Positions 38,401 through 51,052 of a stretch of DNA of 64,000 nucleotides are shown piece by piece. The stretch covers positions 144,646,001 to 144,710,000 of the forward strand of contig NC_042999.1 in the NCBI RefSeq assembly GCF_006345805.1, read 5' to 3'. Position 1 is the stretch's first letter. Each line of letters begins with the position of its first letter. Both the position numbers and the translations under genes were made by a program. Source of the stretch: Octopus sinensis (taxonomy: Eukaryota). The notes beneath the pieces were generated by a model. It saw nothing but the letters and a program-made list of their open reading frames with translations, was not told the origin of the DNA and searched no databases.

Positions 38401-39310
38401 CAATTCACCTATACACACACACACACACACTGCAATCATTCTGTTTTTCTGTCAAATAAAAAATATTTAGACTCTGCTGCCTCAGTGAGGAGTTCTTTTA
38501 TGTATGTATATGTGTGTGTGTGTGTGCACGCATATGCAGATTACAAACATTTTAATAACTTAAGCTGCTTAAAATAATATATCATTCTCTAGAACGCAGT
38601 GTTCATGACAAAGGCTGTAGAACACTGAATTTCATACATGATCACATCTAATTTGGGTTAGTCCAAAGATGAACAGCTGTGACCATGACTGTTTTCACAA
38701 CCTCTGTGACTGCTGGAAAGAAGAGAGTATGTTATTCTCAGACCAAAGACCAGGAATGAACTCCACAACACATGGGCCAAGTGGTCATGTTAAAGTAGAT
38801 AATGAAGAAAGTCTACCATCCATGAACAGGGACAGTCCCTTTGAAGGGATTCCTTACACTTCCAGTTTCCAAATACCACTCACAAGATAATGGTTAATCC
38901 TGAAGCTTTATTAGAAAACACTGGTCCAAGATGCTATGCAATGGAATCAAGCTGTTAGCTATACAGTTATCAAGCAAACTTCTTGACCATACAGCTATGT
39001 CTGCACCTTTGTTCCAAGCCTGTGTCCCGTTTCAGAAAATATTAATTTTTCTTCTTTTTCATCAACATTTAACGTCCATTTTCCATGCTGACATGGACTG
39101 GACAGCTTGACAAGAACTGGCAAGGCCAGGGGCTGCAACAGGTTCCATAGTCTGTGGCTGCCCTTCCTAATGCCAATCATTTACAGAGTGTAGTGGGTAA
39201 TGGTGTCAGTCTCAAATCCCTCTCCACTTTTCTACAAAAAGACAAGATATAAACCTGTGACCTAGTTAAAAGAAATCAATATTTTAGTTTACTCTTTTCT
39301 CCCTTTTTTT

Positions 39311-39696
39311 TACTTTTTACTTGTTTCAGTCATTTGACTGCGGCCATGCTGGAGCACCGCCTTTAGTCGAGCAAATTGACCCTGGGACTTATTCTTTGTA
39401 AGCCCAGTACTTATTCTATCGGTCTCTTTTGCCGAACCTATAAGTTACGGGGACGTAAACACACCAGCATCAGTTGTCAAGCAATGCTAGGGGAACAAAC
39501 ACAGACACACTTATATATATATACATATATACGACAGGCTTCTTTCAGTTTCCGTCTACCAAATCCACTCACAAGGCATTGGTCGGCCCGGGGCTATAGC
39601 AGAAGACACGTGCCCAAGATGCCACGCAGTGGAACTGAACCCGGAACCATGTGGTTGGTTAGCAAGCTACTTACCACACAGCCACTCCTGTGCCTA
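39311..39696 (-). mobile_element. Full-length CORE-type tRNA SINE with CR1-type tail
   Basis: Head AGGCACAGGAGTGGCTGTGTGG; core GTGGCATCTTGGGCACGTGTCTTC; tail GGCGGTGCTCCAGCATGGCCGCAGTCAAATGACTGAAAC. Confidence 0.9.
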
Positions 39697-40286
39697 TTTT
39701 TTTTCCAATTTTTTTTATATAAATATCTTAATAACCTTTACAGGTATGCTTTATATGATGCCTTCAGCAATACTAAAGTCTCATATATCATTATTAAGGT
39801 TCTATTAAAATTGCATTTGCAGCAAAACATACTCAAAATGATTTTGTGTGCAAACAATTCCTGTTCAGTAACTTTTCCATGAGACCTGGTGAGAGAAATG
39901 AACCCATAGATGTACATTTAATAGCTCTGCTTATAAACAACAGAATTCTTTATAACTCATGATTCAGTAGTTCAGTGGCATATTTCTTTGACCATTTCCT
40001 TCTCTATGCCAATCAAATACACCTGAATTTATAACAAGGATAAAGATATAAGTCAATAATAAACAACCAATGATACTTTACTACCAATATTGTAGAGCTA
40101 AAAACCAACCAGGCATAATGAATATTAAATTATTCTGTTGTAGCTGCCTAAATAGATTTGTTGTAATCCATTTTGTTGATGTAATAGGGTTTCAAATGAA
40201 ACAACAACATCAAAACACATTTTTAAATAAGTCTTCTCATCAATAATGGACAAAAGATATAAATACAGAATAATGTTTGTTCTTCA

Positions 40287-40408
40287 TCAATCCAGCTTGA
40301 ATGAAAATCCAAGGGATGAAAGCCAATCTTGCTTCTTTAAAGTGAGGTTACCTTGATTTGCAATGGCTTTAACCTGGCTGCAATTTTTGTTGTCAGATCC
40401 AATTGAAC
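40287..40408 (-). CDS. FAM185A: FAM185A last exon (GSIGSDNKNCSQVKAIANQGNLTLKKQDWLSSLGFSFKLD*)
   Basis: poly-T + ag acceptor, TGA at 40289-40287. Confidence 0.88.
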
Positions 40409-43400
40409 CTAAAAAAAAATTTTTTAAAAAGATGAGGAAGGAAATCAGAAAATCAGACTTTTAATGTTTTCTTCTTTAGATGTTTTATATCTAACTTCTT
40501 GCTAAATAGAAAAATCTTCATAACTAGAAAAATATTTTTTTCTTCTGGTATATATGATTACAAATTTCAAAAATGTTATTAATAGGAAGGTAATAAAAAA
40601 CAAAAGAAAACAAGTACCAACTGCTAATCTGGTTCCAGGATGTTATCATTATATTTGCTATATTATTATGGCATTTCTTAGACACAAGAAAAATACCAAA
40701 AAGGTGACTGGATATTCTACTGTAACTAGTTCAATACCTAATAGTTCAAAGTTCAAATCCAGTCACGTTTCATGTAAAATTTCATTCCTTTAATGGGAAG
40801 TCAATAAAATAAATACCAGTGTCATACTGAGGATTATATTGTCCAAATCATGTCAACAAGGACAAAGGGGCACTAAAACAACGATTCATTATCATCATCA
40901 ACAATTAATTAATTAATGTCCATTGTCCATACTGGTATGAGTTGGATGGTTTGACAGCAAGTAGCAAGCTCCAGTGTCAACTTCAGCATGTTTTCTATGG
41001 CTTAATGCTCTTCCTAATGCCATCCACTTTATCACGTATACTGGGTCTTTTTTTTTTCGCCACCAGCACAAGTGAGGGTGCCATGTAACTAGCAAGACAG
41101 GAAAAGAACAAGAAAAGGCAAAGGAAAAAGCCCACTCAATTAAGTGGCTTTATGTCAGGTGTTGGGGTTTTAAAGTATGATAGAGGGACAAGCACAGGTG
41201 TTTTGCAATAGTAAAGATACATGGCTTATTTACAAATACCTGTTTAAAACTTTTTCCCCATTATTCTATAGTTTTGTTCTCAAAATTAACCATTCCAGTA
41301 AACTTACTGAACTGTGACTATATTTGATGCTTTGTATTGCAGTTATCAATTCAAAATTTGGCGAACCAAAAAAATTTGTGCTTCTTATTGCTTTTAATAA
41401 TTTATAGATATAAAACATTTATACGTGCAAGTATACTTACCCCGTAATTCCATGTGTATTTGTGGACAATCCAAATGTTTCTCACCAACAATTTTTTTCT
41501 CCACTTTCTCTGACAGTTCTGAAAAATCTTCATCTAACTTTATTTTTTTTGCATTAAGGTCAAAATTGGCCTTCAGTGTTGGACATAATCCCAGAATAAT
41601 GTCACCTTGATAGAAAATGAGAAAGAAGTTCCCTTTTATAATAATTTTGCTCATCATTAACCTCTCCCTCCTGATGATGATGATAATAATGATGATGATG
41701 ATGAAAATGATGATGATGATGACAATAACAACCAAGACATTTTCAGAGATGAAAGATTTTCTAAAATTTATACCTGCACTACCTTTCAATCAATTTGAGT
41801 TTTCAAGATATTACAAGATATTACCAGATATTAAACTGATCAAGACAGGTACAAATATCAAAAGAACTTTTCATATCTAAAGACAGGTTTAATGGTGCTT
41901 TAAAAGTTATAATCTGAATAACAACTCATCTCATTAAATCAAGTCCCTTCTAATTTTTAGTTAAAAAAAAACACAGTTTATACAAACTTTTAAAATTTAG
42001 ACACATTAAGAAAATGTACAAGATTAAAACACAGATGGCAACTGTTCAAAACAACATAGTCAGTATCCAAAAGAGGAACCAGTGCCCATGACAATCCCAG
42101 AGTAGTTAGTTCAATGTGACTGATGATCAGCTAAAACTGATGCCATATAGTGGTATTGAATTTGAGACCTCGTGATAGTGAAGAGAATTTCTTAACCACC
42201 TGGCCATGCTTGAATCCATCAAAACACACACACACACTCACTCATGCATACACCTATATATACTAGTCTATATATAGTGAGTTCATACTGTATACACTAA
42301 CACTGAAACACACATTTCAATAGCACACAGATACACACACAAATGTATATATCCAAGCACACATATTATTTATACATAATCTGAAGACTTCAGTTTCTTC
42401 ACCTAAACGCACACACACACACATATGCCTTAACATTAGACACACATATACATATGTACATACATAATTTACTTCCTTGTTGCTCTTGTGCATATGAAAC
42501 CTCATTTCTTCTGACACTCCTAGTCCTTCAACTTCTGCCATTTTGGGTCTAACACCAACTGATACATATTCCTCTGTTTCTTGCTTATTCTTTTCTTCCT
42601 CTACACGTTTTCCTTCTAACTTTCTAAAGAAGAGCTTAAACTCAAGTATCAAAGATATCTCTACTTTATTAATTCCTTGCCATGTGTCAAACTGCATTAT
42701 TTACACTTTATCTTTACTTTACCCTCTGTGTTGTTAATCTTGTTATATATATACATATATGTATATATAAAATGTACAAGTGAGACAAAGTCCTTTTCCT
42801 TGTCTGAGATGGCAGTAACTTTGAATAATGGACTTGAAATGCAACAGCCATCTAATGTATGCCAGTAGAATGAGTGGACATAAAAAGACGATGATGAAAT
42901 ATATGTGTGTGTGCATATGTGTGTATGTATGTGTATGAGTGTGTGTGTGTATTTAGAATATCGGTGATGAAGAGCAGATTGAGAGCAAATAAGCTTTAAT
43001 GCTACTATCTCATTATGGTGAGGTCAATTTCACCATTTCTTCTTATGAGGTTGATAAAATAAATAGCAGACAAAACACTGGAACTGATGTAAAAGAATTA
43101 AAGACTAAATTTGTATATACCTTTATGGTTTTCAACTGATACATTCTTTGGAGTGTTTGTTAATCCTATATCCATGTTTCCTTCATCTGTAGTACCATCA
43201 AGATGACCTTCTAAGTTTTCTGGAATGAAAGAAATTAGTGAAAATATACCTCACATCTCACATTATTTACATCATGGAAGAACCATTTAATAACACACTA
43301 AGCTGTTAAACTTAGTTTAATGTAACAATGACACATGTATGGAATCATCATCCTCATTATATCGGTCAGTTTGCTAGAACGGTGACAGTGAAATCACTGA

Positions 43401-46400
43401 CTAAAAGTTGTTAAAAAATAGTTTATTGTTTTCTTTTGAAATTAGAATTGTTTATCAATAGTGTCTTGCAACATAGATTACAATCTGCAATGACAAAAGA
43501 ATTATTTCTGTATAGGAAAAATTAAATTATTCACTTCTGAGATGAACTGATGCAAAAATAGTCTATTCTAATATTTTTTAAGGGTTTTCAGTTGAGAGTT
43601 TTTCCATGCTATCACATATAGGAACGCTCCGAGTTCAAATCCTACTGATGTCAACTTTGTTTTTCATCCTTTCAGGATCAAAAAAATATTACCAATATAG
43701 AGCAATGGATTGGTGAAACTGTAAGAACATTGGATCAGATGCCATGCAACATTTATCCCAGCTCTTTGTATTCTAAATCGAAATATCTTGTCATTCCTTA
43801 CTTAATCCATCATTCAGTTGAACACTATCAGCCACTTTGGTATCTTTAGCTGTGAATATTAGAGTACTTCATTTTGCATTGCCTTTAAATACCATGAGTA
43901 AAGCAGCTGACTATATTTGTCATACCAGAGAGTGGGTCATAAATAAATACTTATAATTATTCATACAATTAGTTATACCATTAGAAACCAACAATAAATG
44001 CTTACTAATTTTCACATTTCCTTCTTTCATGAGTATCATCGTGTCTCCATGACAACTACCAATACTGAGCTGGGCTCGAGCACTGGCAGTTAAATTGCAG
44101 GTATCAGCATAAATATTTTGAATATCCATAGTGCCACCACCCACACTGCAGTGAATGGTCTGTCCTTGCAGACGGTCTGCTTTGATAATCTGTAAGTATA
44201 CGAAAACAATTGAAAAAACACAAAACATCAACCTGAAATGAGGAAGCCAAAAAGAGAGCTTAAGCTGCTGGAGAACTTCTGCTAGAAACAGAGGCCAAGT
44301 CTCTCTTAAATTGCACTTGACTGTCTTTAAAATAAGAACATTTCGGATAATGTAATTAGACAGAATAGAGGTCAAAATTGAAACAACTTTGGTTATGGGC
44401 TGCCTCATTCAGTTCTGATCTGAGACTAAAAACAACAATATACCTGCAACACATCAGCTTCATCAGAAACATTTTTCTTCATTAACACCTGCTCTTTTTA
44501 GTATCTTCTAAGGTAGGAATTTGCATAACTATGATTTTTTGGAACCGTATACTTCCAAGAGGACTTGAGATATCATGAAAATTTAATAATAATAATAAGG
44601 AATATAAGAGATGTTATGACAATATAGCCAGGCTTGTCCATTGGATACTTTGCAACAAGTATGGACTTGACAGAGCAAAAAATTGGTACAACCACAAACC
44701 TGAAGGCATCGTTGAAAATAGAAATGCAAAGATCCTATGGCATTGAAGGAAGCAGAGGATTTTATGCATGAATTCCGTCAGCTCATTACACAATTGTGAT
44801 GAAAATGCCCAAAAGAACCTATGTAACTGCAGAGGAAAAGAAAATACCAGGCCACAAGCCTATGAAAGATAGGCTAACTCTTGCCTTTTGTGCCAATACA
44901 AGTGGAGACTTGAAGACTAAGCTGCTGATTGTCTACTATTCTGAAAATCCATGAGTGTTCAAGTCACGCAAAATCCTGAGGGAGAAGCTGCAGGTCATGT
45001 GGAGAGCAAATGTTAAGGCCTGGGTTTGAGTCTGAGACACCTGCAGTTGAGATAGTATCTCTTTGCAAGTCCATGGACTTCGAGGTTGACAATGGGGGCA
45101 TTAATGATCTTGTCAAAGAACACTCGGAGAAGCTGACAATGGATGAAATCCTGCAGCTTTGGGAGCAGCAGCATTTGGATGAGGTGGAAGAGACTAGAGG
45201 AGGATATTGTAGCGGAGAAGGCTATCTCTAGGAGAAACATAAAAGCAATGTTGGTAAAGTGGCAGTATGTTTCTGAATTTGTAGAAAAAAACCATCCTGG
45301 AAAAGTATCTACAGGTCATGCAGCTGATTTATTTAATGACTCTGCTCTGGTGCATTTTGTAACATTTTGAAAGGCAGGAAAACACAGAATTCTCTTGATA
45401 TGTTTCTAATGAAATGACTTGCAAGTGTGAAAAGTGAAGAAAGTGTGTCCAAAAAGCTGAAATTAAGCGAAATGAGAGAGAAAACACCAGAAATTGTTCT
45501 TCCTGAAGTCTCAACGGAAGGAAATTCTCCTTCCAAACAATAATCCTCCTCCTTTCTGCTCCATCATTTTCCTCGGGCACAAATTATCCCATCTTTAAGG
45601 TAATTAAATTAATAAAACCAGTTTACATATTTCTTTTACATTCTCTTTTATTAAGTTTTCATAATTGCCATTTTCTTTGTAATTGCACCTTTTTTCTGTT
45701 TTAAAACTCATAAAAAATGGTTTTTGGGTGGTTTTGTGGGGCTGGAATGGATCAATTATATTTTAATTAATATCAATGGGGAAAAGTGATTTGTAAAATG
45801 AGCTTGGTCAATGAATGAATTAAACTTGTACTGCAAGGTATCATGTATATACCTTTTTGATGTTAATCTAATGGCCATTAAGCCTCATTGATTAATCATA
45901 TGTAATTTAACAAATGTACTTGCCCCTTGATTTTGACATTTTAGTCGGATGTTCCCTTGTAATACTCCAGAACTTTCTATGTCTCCTTTAACACAGTACA
46001 CATCAACTTCACAAGCCTGGAAAAGAAATCAACAGAAAATGAAAACTGTAATAACAAAATATTTCAATCATGGAATATTTGAATGGCCTGGATGGAAGTA
46101 GCATATAAGTTTAGGTAAATATTTTTGTAAATGCAATAGTTTCAACAAACAATGAATGAGCAGAACTTAGAAATGAAAAGTGATAAAAAGAAAATCAATT
46201 TATATGATGAACATGAGTGATAGGAAAAAGAAAATTTATAAATATCTCTCATAATACCAGCAGCAGGCTGAAGTCAATTTGATTTATATCTTTACCATAA
46301 AAAGAGTCTTTTGGCTACACACAGATGTAGAATAAAACATAATTTCCTGATAAGCCAAATCCTTGAACAGATTTCAATACCTGGGTATAGATATTACATC

Positions 46401-49400
46401 GACAGAATGAACTGAAGGTAGCTGGATCATAAGGTATCAGACAAACAATCAAGAGAATAGTAGTGCACATCCTGTCATAAGTACTATGTTGTATACATGA
46501 CAAAAACATTTAGTTTTCAATTGCTCAAACTACTTATGCCATGCATGGGCAGACCCAAGAAGGGGGCCTGAGGGGCATGTGCCCTACTCAAGAAAAAAGT
46601 ACACCCTTCTAAATAATGTTATGCCCTTTTCTCCTGGAATTGTATTCCCTTCTGACCTTGTGCCCTCCCTTGGAAAGATTCCTGGGACCACACCTGCCAT
46701 GAACCACTGCCAAAACTCAGAATTTACACAAGAGTGAGAAATCATTATTGGAAATTCGAGCAGCTTTCATGATAGTAGTGATGATAGTTATGTGGTAATG
46801 AGGATGGTTATGATGATGATGATGGTGTCCATAGCATTTGTAAAAGTAATTTCTCAACAAACCTTAATTTGTGTCAACAGACATTTTCCATAGTGAAATT
46901 TAACATTAATTTTATCTCCTTCCATATTTTGTATTGAAACATTAGCTTTCCCAGCAACTTGAACATTAACAGCTGAAAAATAAATAATAAATTGAATGTG
47001 TGTATGTGAGAGAGAGAGAAAGAGCATGTGTTGTTGGTGGTGTTGTTATGGTTCAACCTCAGGCTGACTTTGATTAAGCAAACATATGATCTAGCCATGA
47101 ACAACCTACCATTTTAGGAGTATCTAAAGTTGCATTTTTTTAAAGATGTTAAAATGAGATTTGAGGAAGATTTGGCAACTATTTCTAGCAGGTTGATTGA
47201 TTATACAACAGTTCCCTAGTTGGCCTCTGTGTGTGTGAATTCGAGAATATGCATAACATATCACTTTATTATAAAATGAGGTGCAAAATGAGCTTGAAGT
47301 ATTAAATAGCACCAAATTATTCATTTATTTAATACCAAAGTATTATGAAAATCTTATGTGTATACCTAATATCTAAGTTAATTGGGACATGCAGAATTAA
47401 GTATGCATTTCATAGTCTACATCATGTAATTCCTCACAGACTTGAACTCTATTCATAAGTTGTTAATACAATATCTAATTCCCCTCAAGGATCCCTGTTT
47501 CTTGTGAGCATGCCCTGGCACTTCACCACCATCTCTCTCCTGCTCTCTTGCACTCTCCCTCTTTCTCTTGCTCTCTTCCTCTAACTCTATCTCTCTGACT
47601 GGTTAACCATGTATCTCCTCTACAGCAACACACCCGTTACTGGCCTCAATCTTCATCACTCTTTCTCTCTCTCTGATCGGGTAACCATGTATCTCCTCCA
47701 CAGCAAGACACCTGTTTCTGTCTCTCTGTCACTCTAACCTTTCATCATCTGGCACAAAATTAATTCCTCTACTCCCATGTCTCTCAAAAGGTCTTTGCTT
47801 TGCAAGTTACTTGGTGACCTTGCCAGTGCTGGTGCCATGTAAAAAGCATCCAGTCTACACTGTAAAGTGGCTGGTATTTGGAAGTGCATCCAACTATAAA
47901 AAAGACTATGCCAAAACTGACCTCGTCTTTGCTGGTGCCATGTAAAAAGCACTCAGTTCACTCTGCAGAGTGGTTAGTATTAGGAACAACTTCCAGCTGT
48001 AAAAGAACCATGCCAAAACAGACAGCAAAACATGGTGCAGTCTTCTGCCTAGCCAACTCCTGTCAAACCATCCAACCCTTGTCAGTGTGGAAAGCAGACG
48101 TTAAATGATGAATTAAATAAAAATAAAACTGAGTCAACACGGAAATCTCCATGCAGATATTTGATTAGATAGAGATAGCAGCCAAATCTATTGCATCACA
48201 ACCTACCTTTCTAAAAAAAGAAAGGGCATATTAGATAGTGGGTGCAAACAGGATTGTGTGGTTTAGAAGTTTGCTTTGTAACTATGTGTTTTGAAGTTCA
48301 AGCTCCACAGCTTTTGGTTCCCTGGTGAAGGGACTGTTACTATTATTGTGGAACTGAACTTAATCTGTTTTCCAGTCAAACACAACCAAATGACCATTTG
48401 TTGCTTTTAGTTGAATCTACCCTGTAGCAAGCATTCCTTCCTCCCACTGCTCCCTGAAAAAAGACAAGAGGTAATGATTAAGCCATTAAAAAGTCCTAAA
48501 TATACTATGGGTAAAAAACAAGACACCATAGAGACAATTGGAATGCTTTTGATCATAGATCTATTGGATCAAGGCTGACTTGGGGCTAAACATCAACAGG
48601 GGAAATAAAGGTAAAACAAGTAATAAATGATATAAAAGTTCTCCATTCTGAAATAAGTAATTCATTTAGACAAACAAGGTCTTATTCTTCAGTATTCTTT
48701 AACTACTTAACCCATTCTTAACCCTTATCCTGTTTCCAATACAACTGCCATCTCTGCTCCTTTGAATTTACTAACTGAAAGAGACCTACCCAGGTCATCC
48801 ACCTCTCTTCCAACTGCCCTCTTTACTATATCTAACTTCACAGACTCTACATTAAGTACTGTGTCCATTTTTACCTAGAACTGTATTCCTCTAGACAGGC
48901 CTACAACTAGTATGTGTTTCCTGCAATAACCTACCTTCAAAATTTTAATCTAAACATTAACAATATTAAGTATACCTTGATATCCTTATACCCTATTGCA
49001 GAAAGGTTAGAATGGCTATCAGAATCCCCCTACTGCTTTAGCTAAAACCTTTTTTCATTAGTATAAAGAGTATAAAATGTCCTTACTGAATTTAATAGGA
49101 ACTTCAATAAGACAGGTCATTTCTGGTAAAGAATCTCCAAAAATATCTTTAGGTATGTGACCTTTAACAATAACTTTGTCCTCTTCAGTGGTAGAATTCA
49201 ATTCATAGATGTCACTCCATCGAGATAAATTGGAAACAAATGATTCTTTGTTAGCTGAATCATTTGAGAATGGTACCAGGAGTTTTATAAACACCCTATT
49301 CATTTCTGGGTACTGTACTGGATCCAAAGGTCGAATAAGTACATGAAAAGGAACCTCCACATCAATATTACCAAAAGAGTCCTAGATTAAAAAGAAACAC

Positions 49401-49636
49401 ATGAAATTATAATCATCATCATCATTACTGACAGTGAAATAACAGAAACAGTAAAGTTCTGGACTAAATGGCTTACACTTACATGCCACTTATATCGTCG
49501 CTTTTAAAACAATTTTTAATAAATATTGTACCGGTTGAATATAGCTCATCATACAATCGTGATCCCTTGTAGTTATTGAAAGTCGCTGGCGGAGAAACAA
49601 AGCTCGTACACAAAGTCTGCAGCTTCGACGAGTCAT
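40287..49636 (-). CDS. FAM185A: Protein FAM185A (DUF4097-type beta-rich protein): complement join(49636-49532 tentative,49381-49087,46972-46863,46016-45924,44189-44006,43219-43121,41605-41441,40408-40287), ~390 aa
   Basis: Exons 2-8 are in consistent phase. The translation follows vertebrate FAM185A as recalled (FG...PFHVLIRPLDPVQYPEMNRV; EVPIKF; DRLQG; GNL TLKKQDWLSSL at the C-terminus). Exon 1 starts with an Arg/Leu/Ser-rich MTRRSCRLCVRALFLRQRLS, but its donor is uncertain. Confidence 0.88.
40895..41240 (-). mobile_element. RTE 3'UTR/tail fragment
   Basis: (ATC)n, TTAATGTCCATTGTCCAT, 3'UTR motif CCATGTATCTTTACT. Confidence 0.65.
41441..41605 (-). CDS. FAM185A: FAM185A exon 7 (GDIILGLCPTLKANFDLNAKKI...HMELR)
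   Basis: ttctatcaag acceptor, CGGG|gtaagt donor. Confidence 0.87.
41670..41724. repeat. (GAT/AAT)n trinucleotide repeat
   Basis: Direct reading. Confidence 0.9.
43121..43219 (-). CDS. FAM185A: FAM185A exon 6 (KNLEGHLDGTTDEGNMDIGLTNTPKNVSVENHK)
   Basis: tttcattccag acceptor, AAAG|gtatat donor. Confidence 0.88.
44006..44189 (-). CDS. FAM185A: FAM185A exon 5 (IIKADRLQGQTIHCSVGGG...KEGNVKI)
   Basis: tatacttacag acceptor, ATTA|gtaagc donor. Confidence 0.9.
44599..44741 (+). mobile_element. R4/Dong-like non-LTR retrotransposon fragment (RLE-proximal region)
   Basis: EYKRCYDNIARLVHWILCNKYGLDRAKNWYNHKPEGIVENRNAKILW matches the YK.RHD...WY.H.P..V.EN...KILW motif. Confidence 0.7.
44750..45846 (+). 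mobile_element. Tigger/pogo-like DNA transposon, internally deleted
   Basis: KMPKRTYVTAEEKKIPGHKPMKDRLTLAFCANTSGD...SENP...WRANVKAW; 3' TIR-like GCAAGGTATCATG + TA. Confidence 0.88.
45924..46016 (-). CDS. FAM185A: FAM185A exon 4 (ACEVDVYCVKGDIESSGVLQGNIRLKCQNQG), GC donor
   Basis: ttcttttccag acceptor; the frame is kept only with GGG|gcaagt. Confidence 0.85.
46544..46696. mobile_element. Small GC-rich MITE-like insert
   Basis: Imperfect terminal inverted repeats CATGGGCAGACCCAAGAA / TTCCTGGGACCACACCTG; CCATG on both flanks. Confidence 0.4.
46863..46972 (-). CDS. FAM185A: FAM185A exon 3 (TVNVQVAGKANVSIQNMEGDKINVKFHYGKCLLTQIK)
   Basis: tatttttcag acceptor, AAG|gtttgt donor, phase 1 in / 0 out. 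Confidence 0.88.
47480..48110 (+). mobile_element. RTE 3'UTR (CT-rich) with duplicated tail
   Basis: GTAACCATGTATCTCCTC twice; GCTGGTGCCATGTAAAAAGCA twice. Confidence 0.75.
49087..49381 (-). CDS. FAM185A: FAM185A exon 2 (DSFGNIDVEVPFHVLIRPLDP...EVPIKF)
   Basis: ttttaatctag acceptor, TTCA|gtaagg donor. Confidence 0.9.
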
Positions 49637-50320
49637 TTGCAGAGTTTATCAAATGTCACACGCGTGTTTGTTACATGTGCTCGTGTTCTTCAATGTTATG
49701 GATTGAAACTCATAGTATGTTACTATTTAGTCATATTTGATTATTTTGCATTGTTCTGCTTGAGTTGCAGTGTTAGATCTATCTCAAAATGTTACGGTTT
49801 CTTAAAGCGTCGGGTCAAAAATTAATTGCAAATGTGTCCTATCCATCACAATAGCGTCCCATACAAGACAGAGGTCTCGTCTTTAAGTGATACAAAGTAA
49901 ACTCTCTGATTTATTTCCATTTGATCAATACAAATCTACAGGTTTCACATATACAGAACATCGCACTTTTCAATGGCTTGTGTGATCATCGCATTGATCT
50001 CAGTATGATTTTCGAGGCGTCACAAACAAAGCATAATCTTGGCGATTTCCTTTATTGGATAGCATATTACTGTCGAATTTAAGAGTGTAGATTTCAATCC
50101 ACAGAACGTTTAGAAATTTCTCTTTTTCTATAGTATTTAAATGTGAGAATGGAGTTCGGACAACGAAAATGAGCGCCAAAATTTGAATAGCAAAAGTTTA
50201 CTTACTGTTTCATGACCCCACATTTGTATTGGGGTTGTACCGTGAGGGTAGGAAACGGTATCGTTGTTCATAGACTGACATATAGCCGCTGTATGGACAG
50301 ATCGTAAAGGTAAATATTTT
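49490..50320. promoter_or_regulatory. CpG-rich promoter region of FAM185A
   Basis: CpG visibly frequent here and depleted elsewhere; palindrome ACACGCGTGT at 49658-49667, about 20 nt upstream of the ATG. Confidence 0.6.
49532..49636 (-). CDS. FAM185A: FAM185A exon 1 (tentative)
   Basis: ATG at 49636; the only in-frame phase-0 donor seen is CCG|gtacaa at 49531. Confidence 0.45.
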
Positions 50321-51052
50321 TGGAAAAATCGATGGTTTTGTTTAACTTGACATATAGAAGACCGATCAGTTAAAGTATGTAAACTTCTGAAAGAGGACAG
50401 ACTATGATGTGGACGTATTTTAAGATGTGCATGTGATTTAGATACTGAAATGTTATGCAGAAATAAACAGGACGAATTCATTCTGTGTAAGCATATAGAC
50501 AAAGTGGTAATTTTGTTCAGTGTTTTATACAACATGATTTCGGCTTAAATTAGTAAAGAGAACTAAAAATTATGATTAACTATCTCAAAGTTAACCTTAG
50601 TGTTTATAGTTATCGCACTGAAACGTTACATAAACATGTCAAGGGAAGCTACTCTATTTCACTCTCATTGCACAATGATGTCCCCTTAGTTATTAACTTG
50701 TTACGTTGTAGGCGGTGAATTAGCTGAAACGTTAGAATATTGGACAAAACAACTTGCATTATTTAGATTTTGAGTTCAAGTCCTGTTGCAGTTAGCTTTG
50801 TCTTTCACCTCTCCGGGATTAGTAAAATAATGTCTTCCCTGAAAGATCTATCCTATGTTCGTGATGAATTTGTTACATTAGCAAAAGGTCAATTGTAAGT
50901 TGAGTTTGCAGGTTTTCAAACTACCAAGCAGGGATACTAAAATGTATTTGAAACATAACATACAAACTAAGTAGATGGGATGAGTTTTACATTATTTAAT
51001 ATGTATTAAGCCTGCAAGGTTTCAGGTACCAAAAATAAGACATAACTACAGT

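Noticed and set aside
39376-39882. 168-aa + strand ORF
   Set aside because: Antisense read-through of a CORE-type SINE and flanking DNA
46315-46380. VLKSVQG segment as a FAM185A exon
   Set aside because: The exon at 46972-46863 covers this part of the protein with correct phases; this one has no compatible donor
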